From: the human T2T-CHM13v2.0 reference genome, Homo sapiens
Reading direction: 5' to 3' (one strand)
Assembly (NCBI RefSeq): GCF_009914755.1
Contig: NC_060927.1
Length of the DNA: 64,000 nt
A model generated the notes under the pieces. It did no database searches and had not been told where the DNA came from. It saw nothing but the letters and a program-made list of their open reading frames with translations. Made by a program: the position numbers and the translations under genes. The number at the start of each line of letters is the position of its first letter. Within the stretch, counting starts at the first letter, position 1. Shown in pieces: positions 48,842-61,990 of the stretch.

Positions 48842-50179
48842 CCATGTGTCGTATATTGTTTATGGCTGCTTTGACACTACAACAGCAGTGTTGAGTAGTT
48901 GCAGTAGGGACTGTTTAACCCACAAAGCCTACATTGCTTACATCTGGACCTTTGCAGGAAAAGTTTGCTGACCTGTACTTTAATATATAAAAACCCATTC
49001 ACATTTGCACATTCATTTGGTGGTCACCACAGGCCTATGGTAACATCTCCGTTTTCAGAAGCTCAGAAAAGTAAGCTGCTTGCTCAAGAATGGACGGCTT
49101 CAAGGTGGCAGAGCTGGAAGTTTCTAACTCACTCACCTCATACTCAGACCTGCACTGTTTTTCAAGACAGTCAATATTTCAGGTAACTCTTCTTTCTTGT
49201 AATCCATTTCCTATCACATGCCTCACTTAGCATCTCCAATGAGCTCCCTCAAGAAATGTGAGGTTGCATCAGTGGCTCCCTAGTCTCTCTGAAAAGTGAT
49301 GTAATTGTTATCAAATTAAAGCCCATCAGTAACTGGTAAACTGCTCTGCTCTTAGCTGGCTGGGCCCACAAGTGCTTTATCTAACCAACCATAACTTCTT
49401 CCTTGGCTGACGATAAGGTTTAATTAGGAGGAGGTGACATGTTGCTGGTGACCACTGATTTATAATGAACGGCAGCGAGTTTTTTGGAGGGACAGGTAGA
49501 CATGCTGGCCCCCATCCAAGCCTGCCTGCCTGAACATCTCCTAATCTCTTGCCACCCTCCCTCTTTGCCCGAGCTCATGTTGTGGGTGTTCACTGGTGTC
49601 CTTAGTCTCTGCCTTGATGGCCCTTGGTCTTCAGGCATACTCTTTCCTTGGGACATCTTTTCCTAGAACTTGGTGATTTAGGGGAAATTATTTTCTTACA
49701 CTGAGCTTAGTTTCCTCATCTGTTGAATGAGAATGATGCTTCTAGCTTTCAGCACAGTTGAAACACAGCACACAGATCACACAGAGATGATCATGTGTGT
49801 CAGTTTATGTAAAGTGTACCTAGCACAGCTCCTGGCACATCAGCAGGACTCAGTAAGTGATATTACAGAATTTTCTATGATACTACTGTATCTTTATTCT
49901 GAGTCTCAGCAAGAGTGGGCACTAAGCCTTATCTTAGGAGGTCGTTTCTTCTTTCAGGAGCTTTATGATTGGGCATGATCCTTTCTCCATCCTTTCCATT
50001 CAGTGCTCAAGTTCTCTGACACTTCCTCATAGCTCACTTGTCAGGAAAGCCAAGAATGTCTGTTGATGTGACTCCTGCCCAGGTAGGAAGTGGTGGTTCT
50101 GAACTAGAGCTGAGGTCCCTTGATAGGCTGCATGGAATGCCCTTTGTGGCCACTGGGGCCACTAACCAGGCCTTTCTCC

Positions 50180-50403
50180 CTCCCACAAATCAGGGTTCCC
50201 AGACTTTCACTGGGAGGGCAGTCTGCTGGAGAATTCTATCTAGCTTGTGAGGCTGATGTTTTTCTTCCATTCAGGCCATCTACTGATTGGATGAGGCCCA
50301 CCAGCATTCTGAAAGGTAATCTGCTTTACTCAAAGTTGATCAATTTAAGTGTTAGTCTCATCCAACAACACCCTCTAAGGTGACACATAAAATTAATTAA
50401 CAT
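50180..50403 (-). mobile_element. MLT2 LTR fragment
   Basis: TGATTGGATGAGGCCCACC and TGACACATAAAATTAA motifs. Confidence 0.7.
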
Positions 50404-50939
50404 TATGCGTTAGCATGCAGAAGTACTCTCCATGGTCTCTCCCTGACAATTCTTATTTTGTTTGTCTTTCTAAACAAATGTATTTAAGAGGTAAAACAAC
50501 TGGGGAGCCATATGATGTTTCTTTCTCTGTTCAAGTTGGTCAAATAATACTAACATAAATATTTCCTCATGGAGAGATTAACTAACTCAATTGTATAAAG
50601 CATTTTCAGTCTACTCTCTCATTGCTTTGTCATGTAAGGCCAATGATCAACTGATCTGATGCATTCATTTTTCAGACAAGGAATCTGAGACCTGGCTGGG
50701 AGAAGAGGACTTGCCTAAAGTTATCCCACACAGCAAATTAGTTGGAAAACCAGGATAGTTGAGTAAATATCCTGGAGCCCAGCCAAGTAATGAAGCCAGA
50801 ATTCAGAAAGCTGTTTTGGCTAGATCTTGGATTTTTACAATAAAGGGTCTGTAAGGGATATTTGTGAAAAATGTTGACACTTGACGGCTGTCCTGATTCA
50901 TTCAGCTACCTAGGTTATCTCTGCCTCTCTTTGACTTGT

Positions 50940-51067
50940 GTTTTGTCTTTTAAGATGGCAGTCTTGCTCTTTTGCCTGGGCTGGTCTTGAACTCCTGGGC
51001 TCAAGCAGTTTTCCTGCTTTAGCCTCCTGAGTAGCTGGGGCTACAGGAGGACATCACTGTGCCCAGC
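50940..51067 (-). mobile_element. Alu monomer/FLAM
   Basis: Antisense single Alu arm. Confidence 0.78.
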
Positions 51068-52829
51068 TCTCTCCGTATCTTTGACTAGGTTATTTTACAA
51101 CCCCATACGATAGAAATGAAGTTATAGAAAACTGATAGGAATACAAATAATTATTATCCATGGAAATGCAAATTGGATCTAATGGAATGAAACTGATTTT
51201 TTTTCCAGCAGATAGTGACCACCTTTGTATCCTTTTGTAAATTCATTTCAGCATTCCATATTTGACTAAAAATGTGTGACACTCCCAATTTGCTTTTGAA
51301 TTCATTGTAATATCTACCAATTCCCTCATTAATTAATGAGTTAAATAAAGCCTTTGGCATGTATTTATTTTGTATCTATAGGAGAGTCATGAGTATATCT
51401 TCTTTTAAAAGGTATTCTTCAGTAGGTCTTAGGGTGCACAATACTTACATCTTATTTTCTCATTCTACACTGTTCCCACACCTCACCCAGAATAAATGTA
51501 ATCTCCTGTGAGCTTCTGAACATCATGAAGAATAACAGCTCATTTTGTAAAGTCATTTAGTATTCGCCAAGCACCTTCACTTCGATCATCTCATTTGATT
51601 CCTACAATCAGCCTGGGAGAGCACTTGACATTCCCATTTCACAAATGGGGACGATGAAGGCCAGAGAAAGAATGTGCTGTATAAAACTGAGGTCTTACAT
51701 ATATACATGAGGCAGAGTCATGATCTCAGTATAAGTTTCCTGTTTCTAAGATCTATGCTCATCCCCTTCATTAAGTTATGTCATATTTCTGTGTGTGTGA
51801 AATGCTTTGGGTCTGGATGCAAAGCCGGGAGCAGGAGAGCTGCTATTTTAGAAAGAAAAGGCCAAGAATTTGGATGTAATTGAAGTTGTGAGAAGTTGCA
51901 GTTCCATCACCAGGATTTTTGTTATTCAGCTCCCTTTTTCATTTTTCCCCTTGAGAATAATACCCAGTTTTACATGTTAATGGATTTAATTACTGCATAG
52001 AGATCTGAACAGATAGAAAAGTCTCAGGCAGTGATGACGCAGTGATGGTCTATTGAGCAGCATTTGAATTAATTTGGAGTTTTCAATGCTGTGATTAGCG
52101 TGGTTATTAGTGTTAATGCTTGAAGTTCATGTTAACAGGGTGTTACCGTGAATTTGAAGCACTAAAACAGGCCTGATTTCCTAGTATTTGTTTGTTTATT
52201 TATTAATCAGTCCATTCATAATTGGTACAGTGCTGACATATAAAACGCCCCCTGCATTCAACTTCTCAGCTTGACTTAATAAAGGATAATATTGGGTCTC
52301 ATTTAACCCAGTGCTAATAGGTTGTCCTTATCTATTCTGGTGCCTTCCCTACTGTGGACATTGTCTCCTTTGTCCTCAGACCACCACTGAGAGACAGATA
52401 AAGCCTCAGAGCATGAAGAAACAGCCTGAACTGTAGCTTAGGATAACAGTTCTTTGTTCACTTGAACTCCGTGTGACGTTGCCAAAAACATGCCTCCTTT
52501 CTGGACTTCAGTTTTCTGCTGAAAGGAAAACTGCGCTTCAGTTTTCAGCTCAGAGGAAATACAGGGATCATCTAATCTAAACCTCTATAAAATAAGGGGT
52601 TTTGTATTTCCTTTCAGCTCTGTGGTTCAGGGAGCAAATCAAAATGGAGAGATGACTGGAGAGTCATCAAACTCCAGAGTTGTGACTAAAAGATTATCTA
52701 CCCTAGGACATTAATTCTACAATAGAGGACAGTGAGATACAAAACAGGTTAGTGATGTCCAAGGTCAGACAGCAGGTTAAGGTCAGAGCCTGAACCCGAT
52801 CCAGACATTTTAATTCCTAATCTTGTGCT

Positions 52830-54790
52830 ATTTGCTTCTTTTCATTTAGTTATCATGTGGTTTTAAAATAGAGTGAATAATATATCAAACTATTTGACTC
52901 CCATAATAAAACTTGTACCTCGTTAGTATAAAATGTTAACTTTCGGTCATATTTACTCCCCCATCCCCCTCTTAATATACCATTAAACTCCAGCAGAATT
53001 CCAAACCCTGAAGTGGCCATCCTAATAAGTAACCGCCATCCTGAGATTGGTGTGTAATGTTCTTATGTGATTATTGTTGTTAATATTTTTATTACATATG
53101 AAACATCCATTTTCCATTTAATTCATTGAATATTATTCTTTTTTTCCCTCTACTGGTTGGAATTATACTTTGTATCTCTTTTCTTTTAGGTGTTACCCTT
53201 AAATTGTTAATATGCCTACTTAACATTAAAAATGATCTTCATTTAATCAAAATCTTTCTCATACCAGTATGTAAAACCACCAATAATCCAATAACTCTCA
53301 TCCTAAATTCCATGTATTTGGAATTGTCGACTGTTTAATTCTACCTCTTTTAAGCATCCCAATTAGTCATTGTTTTCTTAATACTTTGTGCTTATTTGGA
53401 TTTAGACACATGTTATTTATACATTTTCTTATCTAATTGCTCTAACACATTGAAGATAATATTCTATTGTCTTCAGGTTTCTAGTTTTGCTACTAAGAAG
53501 TCTGCTGTTTGTCCAGTTTGTTTTGTTGTGTGTAATTCCTCTTTTCTCTCTGGTAAATTTTAAGATCTTTTCCTTGTTTTGTTCTGTATTTTCATTTCAA
53601 AGAATCTAGGTGTTACCGGTGGAGGGTGTCTGGGTTCTTGGCCTTTTAAACAAAGAATTGGACAAAATGCACAAACAAAGCAAAAAAGAATGAAGCAACA
53701 AAAGTGGAGATTTATTGAAAATGAAAGCGGACTCCACAGGGTGGGAGCAGGCCTGAGCAAGCAGCTCAAAGGTCTGGTTACAGACTTTTCTGGGGTTTAA
53801 ATACCCTCTAGAGGCTTTCATTGGTTACTTGGTATATGTTCTACGTAAATGAAGAGGCTGAAGTGAAGTTACAAAGCTATTAACTTGGTGTACACTCTAC
53901 GTAAATGAAGAGGATATTTCCTATCATAGCTGAAGTGTTTCTGTTTGATTGAGTTCTAGGAAGTCCTTAGGTTCCTTGCCTCCAGGCTCTATTCTCCCAC
54001 CTCATAGGTATAAATTCATTTTTCTTTTTGCTGCTCTGAATGTATTGTAAATCTCCAATCTAAAGTTTCATATCTTTCTTCAACTATAAAAAATTCTTAG
54101 CCATTTCTTTAAACTCCTACTAAAAGAATGTTGTCTGCATTCTAATATCCAAAATCTGTCTTCTGTGCACTAATTCTCTCTATAACTGTGTTTAGTCTCC
54201 TCTCTAAACTGTCTGGCAAATTTTCAGTTTCAATAATTTTATTTTTTCTGTATGTACTATTTGGCTGTTTCTCAAATCTGCCTATTCTGTTTTCATGGAG
54301 TATTTTTTTTTCTTACTGTTTTATTTTTAATTTCACATCTTTAATTATTTGAAACATTTATTTTGTAGTCTCCCTTAGATGGCTTTATCTCAAGCTCTTA
54401 GCATGCAAACTCTCATTTTTTGTATCTGTTTACTGTCATTTTTTTCGTATATATTCTATAATTTTTGAATGTGAGCACATTTTCAGTGACAATATGGAGA
54501 TGGGTAGAAATTAGATGTGGTCTGGGTTGTGGAAGTGTCCCTGCAGAAAAGCATTGCAGTTGCTTTTGGTAGGTGCCCCCAGAAATATCATGACCCCAGG
54601 AACATTTTTTAATGTAAATGTTAAGGTATAGGAATTCCCACAGTGATTAGGTGGTGTACTTTTTTTTTTTTTTTAACTCTAAGCTCCTTCATAGAATGGA
54701 TGCATGAAAGGCTTTCTTTTTTTTTTTTTTTTTATCAACACAGAATCTCAATGAAGACATTATATGCTTCTTTATAATGTCCCTGGGTGG
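52830..54790 (-). mobile_element. Very old L1 (L1ME/HAL1-like) relic hosting the MER51-like LTR
   Basis: T-rich antisense ORF1-like motifs such as AGAAGTCTGCTG. Confidence 0.45.
53611..54004 (-). mobile_element. ERV1 solo LTR (MER51-like)
   Basis: TG...CA ends, 4-bp TSD TAGG at 53607-53610 and 54005-54008, minus-strand AATAAA. Confidence 0.85.
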
Positions 54791-55255
54791 TGTGGTATAC
54801 TGAATAATGGGTGCCAAAGATATTCAGATCCTAATCCCTGGCATTTGTGAATGTTACCTTATATAGAAAAAAGAGAATTTGCAAATATGTTTAAATTAAA
54901 GACCTTGAGATAGGGAACCTGGATTATCCTAAATGCAGTCACAACTGTCCTTATAAACAGGGAGGCAGAGGGAGATTTGACCACAAAGAGGAGAACGTGA
55001 TTTGAAGATGGAAGCAGACATTGGAATGATACGCTTTGAAAACAGAAGGGGCCATGAGACAAAGTACACAAGAAAGGCACCTCTAGAAGTTGGAAGAGGC
55101 AAGGAAGCAAAATGTCTTCTAGAGTCTCCCAAGAGAACACAATTCTGCCAATCCCTTGATTTTAGACTTCTGGCCTCTAGAAATGTAAAAGAATTAATGT
55201 ATTGTTTCAATACGCTACGTTTGTGGTAATTTGTTACAGCAGCAATATGAAACAG
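54790..55255 (+). mobile_element. MaLR solo LTR (MLT1C/D-like)
   Basis: TGTGG start, GAATGTTACCTTAT, and GGTAATTTGTTACAGCAGC near the end. Confidence 0.8.
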
Positions 55256-58200
55256 CTTGACTTAATAAAACAGAGTCTTTCTAGCCCCCTTTGACTGAGA
55301 GTGCAGTATTTCAAAAGTCTCTGCATGGAGACTTGACTGGATTTTTCCATGAAGACTAAGGGTGAGGATCTGTCACTTCTACCAAGTCAAGCTGGGAAGA
55401 TATCAGATGACAAGATACCACAAAAAAAAAATCAGTGGTAAAAAAAATCAGACTTGAGAGGGAAATAAAAATACATGATTTCATGATTCTGATCCTTTTT
55501 TATTAGCCAAATCAATGATCTCAGATAATATGTCACAGTTGTCAGGGAAGTGGGGATAGAAGATGGTGTTTCTATTCCATATGTTTTATAAATTTTCACA
55601 TGAACAGAGAAAAGCAACTTGGGTAAATTAGTTCTGTACTTCAATTTTCTCATGTGTAATGGAGCTAATAATAGTGCTTCTCTCATATAGTCATGGTGAG
55701 GCACCAACTCGATGGTGCATAGAAAGTGCCTGGCATATGTATGCCTTTGCCTTGCATAGACTAAGGATCTTTGAGGGGCTTGATCCAGTATTTTTGTCCA
55801 AGAATGATGGGAAGAGAATGGAGTGACCCAAAAGGATTTATAAGAAGTTTTCTCAACTAAAAAAAGAAATACAAATGAAGTTTTGGAATTCATCACCAAA
55901 GCTTTGGAAAACAGAAAGTTCTGTTAATTTTGGAAGGAGAAGGGGCCAGTTTAAAATGGAAGATGCTAATGTGATTGCTATGTTGTTCATTCAACAAAAA
56001 TGTGCCTGCAGGGTGGTTAACTTATGCTAAGTGCTACAAGAGAAGCAGACGTCAACAGCAACCACACTCTTCTCATTTAGAACATTCAAATGAACTGTTG
56101 TAGCGGTTCACAACGTTGCAAGTGAATTTCATCAGCATCCTCTGAGATGGAGAATCTAGAAACTACTTATCGGCATTTTATGGATGAGGAAACTGACCTT
56201 CAGTTTTAACAGGGTCAAAGCTGGCTCTCTACCACCTCTCCTAATTCAATGCAGTTGACCCCGTATCATAGACAACTGGATGGGATCTCTCATCTCAAAG
56301 GGTTTACTATCAAGTAAGGAAAACAAGATGCATAAAAAGAAGGGTGGATACCACAGGTAAAAAGTGGCCATCACAATATATAAAAGGATAAATAAATAAG
56401 GAGCTTTAGGAGATTAGGAAGTCGGCGGCATGGATGGGAGAGGGGTGCCTGGTAAAGCACAGCAGAAAGGCACTGTGGAGGGGTAATGAAACATATGCCT
56501 TTTAAAATATCTTTGCCTTAAAAAATAAAAGCCAGTGGTCCAATAATAATACAAATGGTTTCTTACTATGCCAGCATGTTCCATCGTATTCTCCATTCCA
56601 CAAACAATTATTGTGCATGCACTTACCATACATGAGGAACTGGTCACACTGAAAAAAAAGCTATGATGTACCACGGCACTAGCCTGATTTAGGGAAAAGA
56701 GCACTACACTGTGTCACCAGGAGACCTGCAGTCCAGCCCTGACACTGTGAGTGACATTGGATAATGTGTTTCCTCTTTACCTTAGTTTCTTCTTCCACAC
56801 ATTAGGAATCTAAAATTCTTTGCTGCTCTATCATTCTTAATCTGAATGATGAGACATTTGTCTATTCTGCTATCTTCTCTTTCATTACTCTCTGTTTTTC
56901 ATTGTCTTACATGATTTTCCTGTCCTCCTTTCCTCTTATTTTTTTCTCCTCTTTCTTTCGGGATGGCCCCTCCTCTCGCCTCCCTACTGGTTATTCTGCC
57001 TCTCACGTTCAGTGTCTGCATCTTTTCTTCTTCATTACCTAAGTACATGTAAATTGGTCATGTTGCTGATGCGGAAGCAATCTTTAAAATTGGTTAAAAT
57101 ATGCCCACGTCAAATATGACGAATTCTTCCACTTTTGGACTCCTCATGATTTTAATCAACCAAAATCAGCCAATTGAGAAATGACAGCATGAGGTCCAAA
57201 TTCCCTTAGCATCAATTTTTTTCTTGTTTTGTCCTTTGATGATGATGATGATATGTGTGTGTGTCTGTGTGTGTGTGCATTGTGTTCACTAGAGTTGTTA
57301 GTAGGTTCAGGCATTATTTAACCCATCAAGTAGCACTGAGCCCTTGCTATGTTTCAGGCACTGACTGAATAGCTGGGGATGGGGAAGATTAAAAAACAAA
57401 ACAAAACAAAACAACAACAACAGCATCTCAAGTCTGTTAGTCAGAATGAGACGTGGGGATGTGGCAGATGCAAACATACGGACATGGTTAGGAATAAAGA
57501 AAGAAGCTTTGGCTGCATAATGAGGATATTTTGGCCCATGACGCAGGAATGCCTGGCTCTTGTCTTGAGCACAGGTTTCTTGGATGTTGCTAAACACACA
57601 CTAAATTACAGCAGCATGGGAAGAAAACTGCCACTTTGCCACTGAGGCTGGGGCCTGATAATCCATGATAAGGGGCTATCTGGTCAAACCTGACTCAGAG
57701 AATGTAATTTAGGCCTATTGACTGCCTTCCTAAGCACCAAATCTGGGACTAATACATTTAGAAATACCCATGGAGAGAGAAAGAGAATTAGGTCCCAGAG
57801 GGACCTTAAACTCATTTAATAAGCTGAGCTGAAGACCAACAAAGCTGGCCAATCTGGCCTGGAGCCAGACATTTCCTGGACTTCAGGCAAAAAAGCAAGA
57901 GAGAACACAGCACGTGGCTGTAGCTTGGACTAGGTAGAATAAGCCAGGCCGCAAGGAAACTGGGCTTACTTGGTGTCCCTGCTGAAGGTACAGGGAGGCA
58001 GAGGCTTCCAAGTCATTTATATTTTCTGAAAGGGTCCATCTCTCTCCCAGGCAAGCAAAGCCAGAGGTCCCTTTTCAATTCTGTGCAACAGATTTTTTTA
58101 TGAATGGATATAGCAACTCAGGGCACACCAGTAAATGCTCAAGAATCCAGCTCACGGTGGGCTGGCTGCAGGAGCCCTCTGACACAGTGGCACTGGCTCA

Positions 58201-58974
58201 GTGGCTGGCTTATATTTTCCCATAAGAAGTTCTTATAGCTGTCGTGGCATCCTCTCTCCCTCGACTTGTTACAAAGATTAAATGTCATAAGATGTGAGGT
58301 TAGTGCTGTTAGAGAGTCAAGAAAAAAAGGGTCCATCCCCACCTGAGCCTGGGACAGTCAGAGGTGACTGTGCAGAGTAGCTCCATGGTTCTATGTAAGT
58401 ATTTAACTTCTCTGACCCTCAGTTTTCTCATCTGTAAAGCAAAGATAAAAATACCTACTTCAAATTATTTATGTAAGGATAAGATGAGATGATCTGTGTA
58501 CACAGCATTTGGACATAGTAAGTGCTCAGTTAAAGGTGGCATTATTCTTGGTGTCATGTGTTATCCTCCACAATATAAAATATACTAACTACCATAGAAT
58601 AGTGATTCGTCAATTCTAACGTGCATGAGAATCACCTATGGAGTTTGTTAAAAATATGGATTCTCAGTCTCATCTCACTTCAAATGATTTTGAGGGGTGA
58701 CCCTGAAACATGCATTTTAGTGAGTATTCTCAGGTGATTTTGATGAAGTCATTCAATGATCATACTTGGAAAAATATTGCTGGAGAATTATATATTAAAT
58801 AGAAAACCTGGCTTTGGTTCATGGCTGTCAAAACTGTCTAGGTTAGGCCTATGTCCTAAAAATGTCCCACTCCCCTTTCTTTCCCTTCTCCTCTGTCTCC
58901 AAGCATGACAAAAGTGGCAGTTGTTTAAAACAAGCTGCTACTATCATTAGCATCACCTTTGGATACCTCCTAGA

Positions 58975-59150
58975 AGAGTACCTCTCAACCTTGGAAGCAT
59001 ATTAGAATCACTTGGAAAGCTTTCAATCATCCTGATGCCCAGGCCAAACCCCTGACCAATTAAGTAGGGATCCCCAGGTGGACCCAGGCATTGGGGTTTT
59101 GGAAGCTTGCCTGGTGATTTCAATGTGCAGCCAAATTGAGAACCACTGCT
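58975..59150. mobile_element. MER5-family hAT MITE; similar copies at ~43210-43375 and ~58600-58780
   Basis: TTAGAATCACTTGG ... TTGAGAACCACTG inverted structure. Confidence 0.7.
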
Positions 59151-61675
59151 CTAGATCCACTTTCCCCCAAATCCCTTCAAATCTTCTCCCTAACCTAGTT
59201 TCCATCCCGTGCCTTCTATCTTGGAATTTCTTCTCTTTCTAATTTTTTGGCTGAGTCCACTCAGCAGGTTTCCTTGTTCTGTTGGGATTTTTCCTGATGC
59301 CCTGATGCCTCTTACCTGTCTCCATTTGGCATTGATGTGCTACTCACCGCTCTGTCCAAGCCTGCAGGACACCTGGGATAGCTTCTCCTTGTCTTGGAAA
59401 AAGAAGATCACACATGCCACTGTCTTTCAAACTGTTTTGCCATTTGCTCCTGCTGCAGCGTTTTTCTTACTCTTGCCTACTTATCCTGCCAGAACTCATG
59501 CAGAATTCTCCTCCCCTGCGCAGCCACCTCTGACTATCCCAGGCTCAGGTAGATGAACCCTTTTTCTCTTGATTCTCTAATAGCACTAACCTCACATGTT
59601 ATGACATTTCATCTGCATAACAAGTCGAGGGAGAGGGGCTGCCATGGCAGCTGTAAGAACTTCTTGTGGAAAAAAATATGAGTGCTTGGGGCAAAATTTC
59701 ATACCAAGAGGAGTAAAAAACAGTTCAGAAATGCATTTTCAAAGTCAAAGAGGGATTGCTAGTCATTCCAGAGAGAAGAAAGGAGGTCATCCACTCTGCA
59801 ATATGACCTACACTATGATTTTCTCAAAATCCTGAGTGTATTCTATAAAATTATTACAAAATATTTTATAAGAGTAGATTTCTTAGGGCACTGCCAGTGT
59901 GTCTGTGTCCAGGGAATTGCAGGGAAAAACAGGTCACATGAGCACTGGCATAAAGACAAGAATAAGCAGAGGGCTCTCACAGAAACCTTAGAGAGGGCTT
60001 TAGACTATCACAGGTTGTGGAATGTGTGTTAAGGCCAGATTTGGCCACACCTATAATGAGCAGAGAGGCTGCATCCATTATCGGAATTCTTTTTAAGCAG
60101 TCTCTATGCCCACTGAACTGTGGGTTTTCCGATGGAAGGGCCTATCTCCATGCATCCCAGTTTTCTGGGCACAAGTCTTGGCACATGGGATGCTCTAAAT
60201 AAATCTTTGGAGAATGAATAACATAAAAAGCATATAATATAGGCTTTTTTTCCTAAGGTTCAAGGAAGCATGAAGGAGTCCTTATTGTCTGTGGCTATTC
60301 TATGGCTCAGACTAAATTCTCCCTTATTCCCTACTTAGATGCTATTGAACTTGTTTCTCCAAACTCTGTTATTCAAAATTTGATTAATTTGAGCTCAAAA
60401 TGACATTTCAAAATCCCCTATTCCCAAACACATAGCTCATCAAAAACACCTCCCACTATTTACAATTCCACTTCATTGAAATATGATGATGCCAGGCAGA
60501 CAGCAGTGTGTATTCAGTGGAATTCAATTTTCCTGATCACTGGCTCCATCGATCAGTCTGTTTGCAAAGGGCTGATGCAAGCATTCATCCACTTCATACA
60601 GACGGTGGGTGAGCCACTCTCCTATTATTTCTGCAAGTGAAAAAGGTTGTTAAACTATAATGATGGTATTCTGAAGGATCACTTTACTATTGTTGTTTTA
60701 AGCTTTATTGAGATTCTATCAAGGGCCAGGAGTTTTTCCTATGTGTTCATATTTAATCTTTACAACTGACAATTTAGCGGGGAAGAATCTGAGACTTAGA
60801 GAACTTAGGTGAATTGTCCACAGTTACAGAGCTGGCAAAGTGTGGAGCCGGAATTCAAACACAGTTCTTGTGATTTCAGAATTGAATATTATCCATTATA
60901 CTTGGTTCTCCCCTTGGCAGTTGTCTTGGGGCTGAGGCAGGGAAGGTAGAAAGAAGTGACTGAGAAAGGAATCCCAAGACAATCTGATAGAGAAGAAAAA
61001 TTACAGTGGCTTATTATTCAACATATTCACCACCTGTCACTCTCTCCTGGGATCCCCACTGTGGCTGAATAAGCACTTGTTACTGCAGCCAGAAGGCTAC
61101 ACTTGGCCACAGGCCTGTCTCTTCCCATGTATTGTGAGTTCCTTGAGACAGTGCACACCAAACACAAACACACACACTCAGGGCAGTGCCCAGGCCCAGA
61201 GGAGCTGGTAGCATGATGAGCAAATGTGGTGTCAGAGAAGAGGTGTCTTCAGGGAAGGAATCTCTGTGACTCTTGCAGGCAAGCAGCGTCTTCACCAGAG
61301 GTAATGGTCTGGGCATCTGCCTTAGACAGAAGACAGAAAGGCCTGGGAGAGACACATCCAGAATTCCAATCTACCTGGTAGTGTTGCCAACACAAATCTC
61401 CTTGAGGATAAAACCTTTTCTAACCCAGGCAGAGCCAGGAAAGTGCTCTGCAGGACCCATCTCAGCCGCATCACAGTTCAGGAAGCATGACTACTGTATC
61501 TTCAAAACTTCACTAAATGTTCCTTGTTGTTCATTGTTATGTCAATAGACATCTTCTACATTGTAGCTACCCTCAATGCATGAAATGCATGGAAAAAATC
61601 TAAAAGAGAATTATATTTTTGATCCATAGGTAAAATTGGAGAAAAATTGGGAGCATGCTTCTCTCTCTCTCTCTC

Positions 61676-61990
<315 letters not shown>

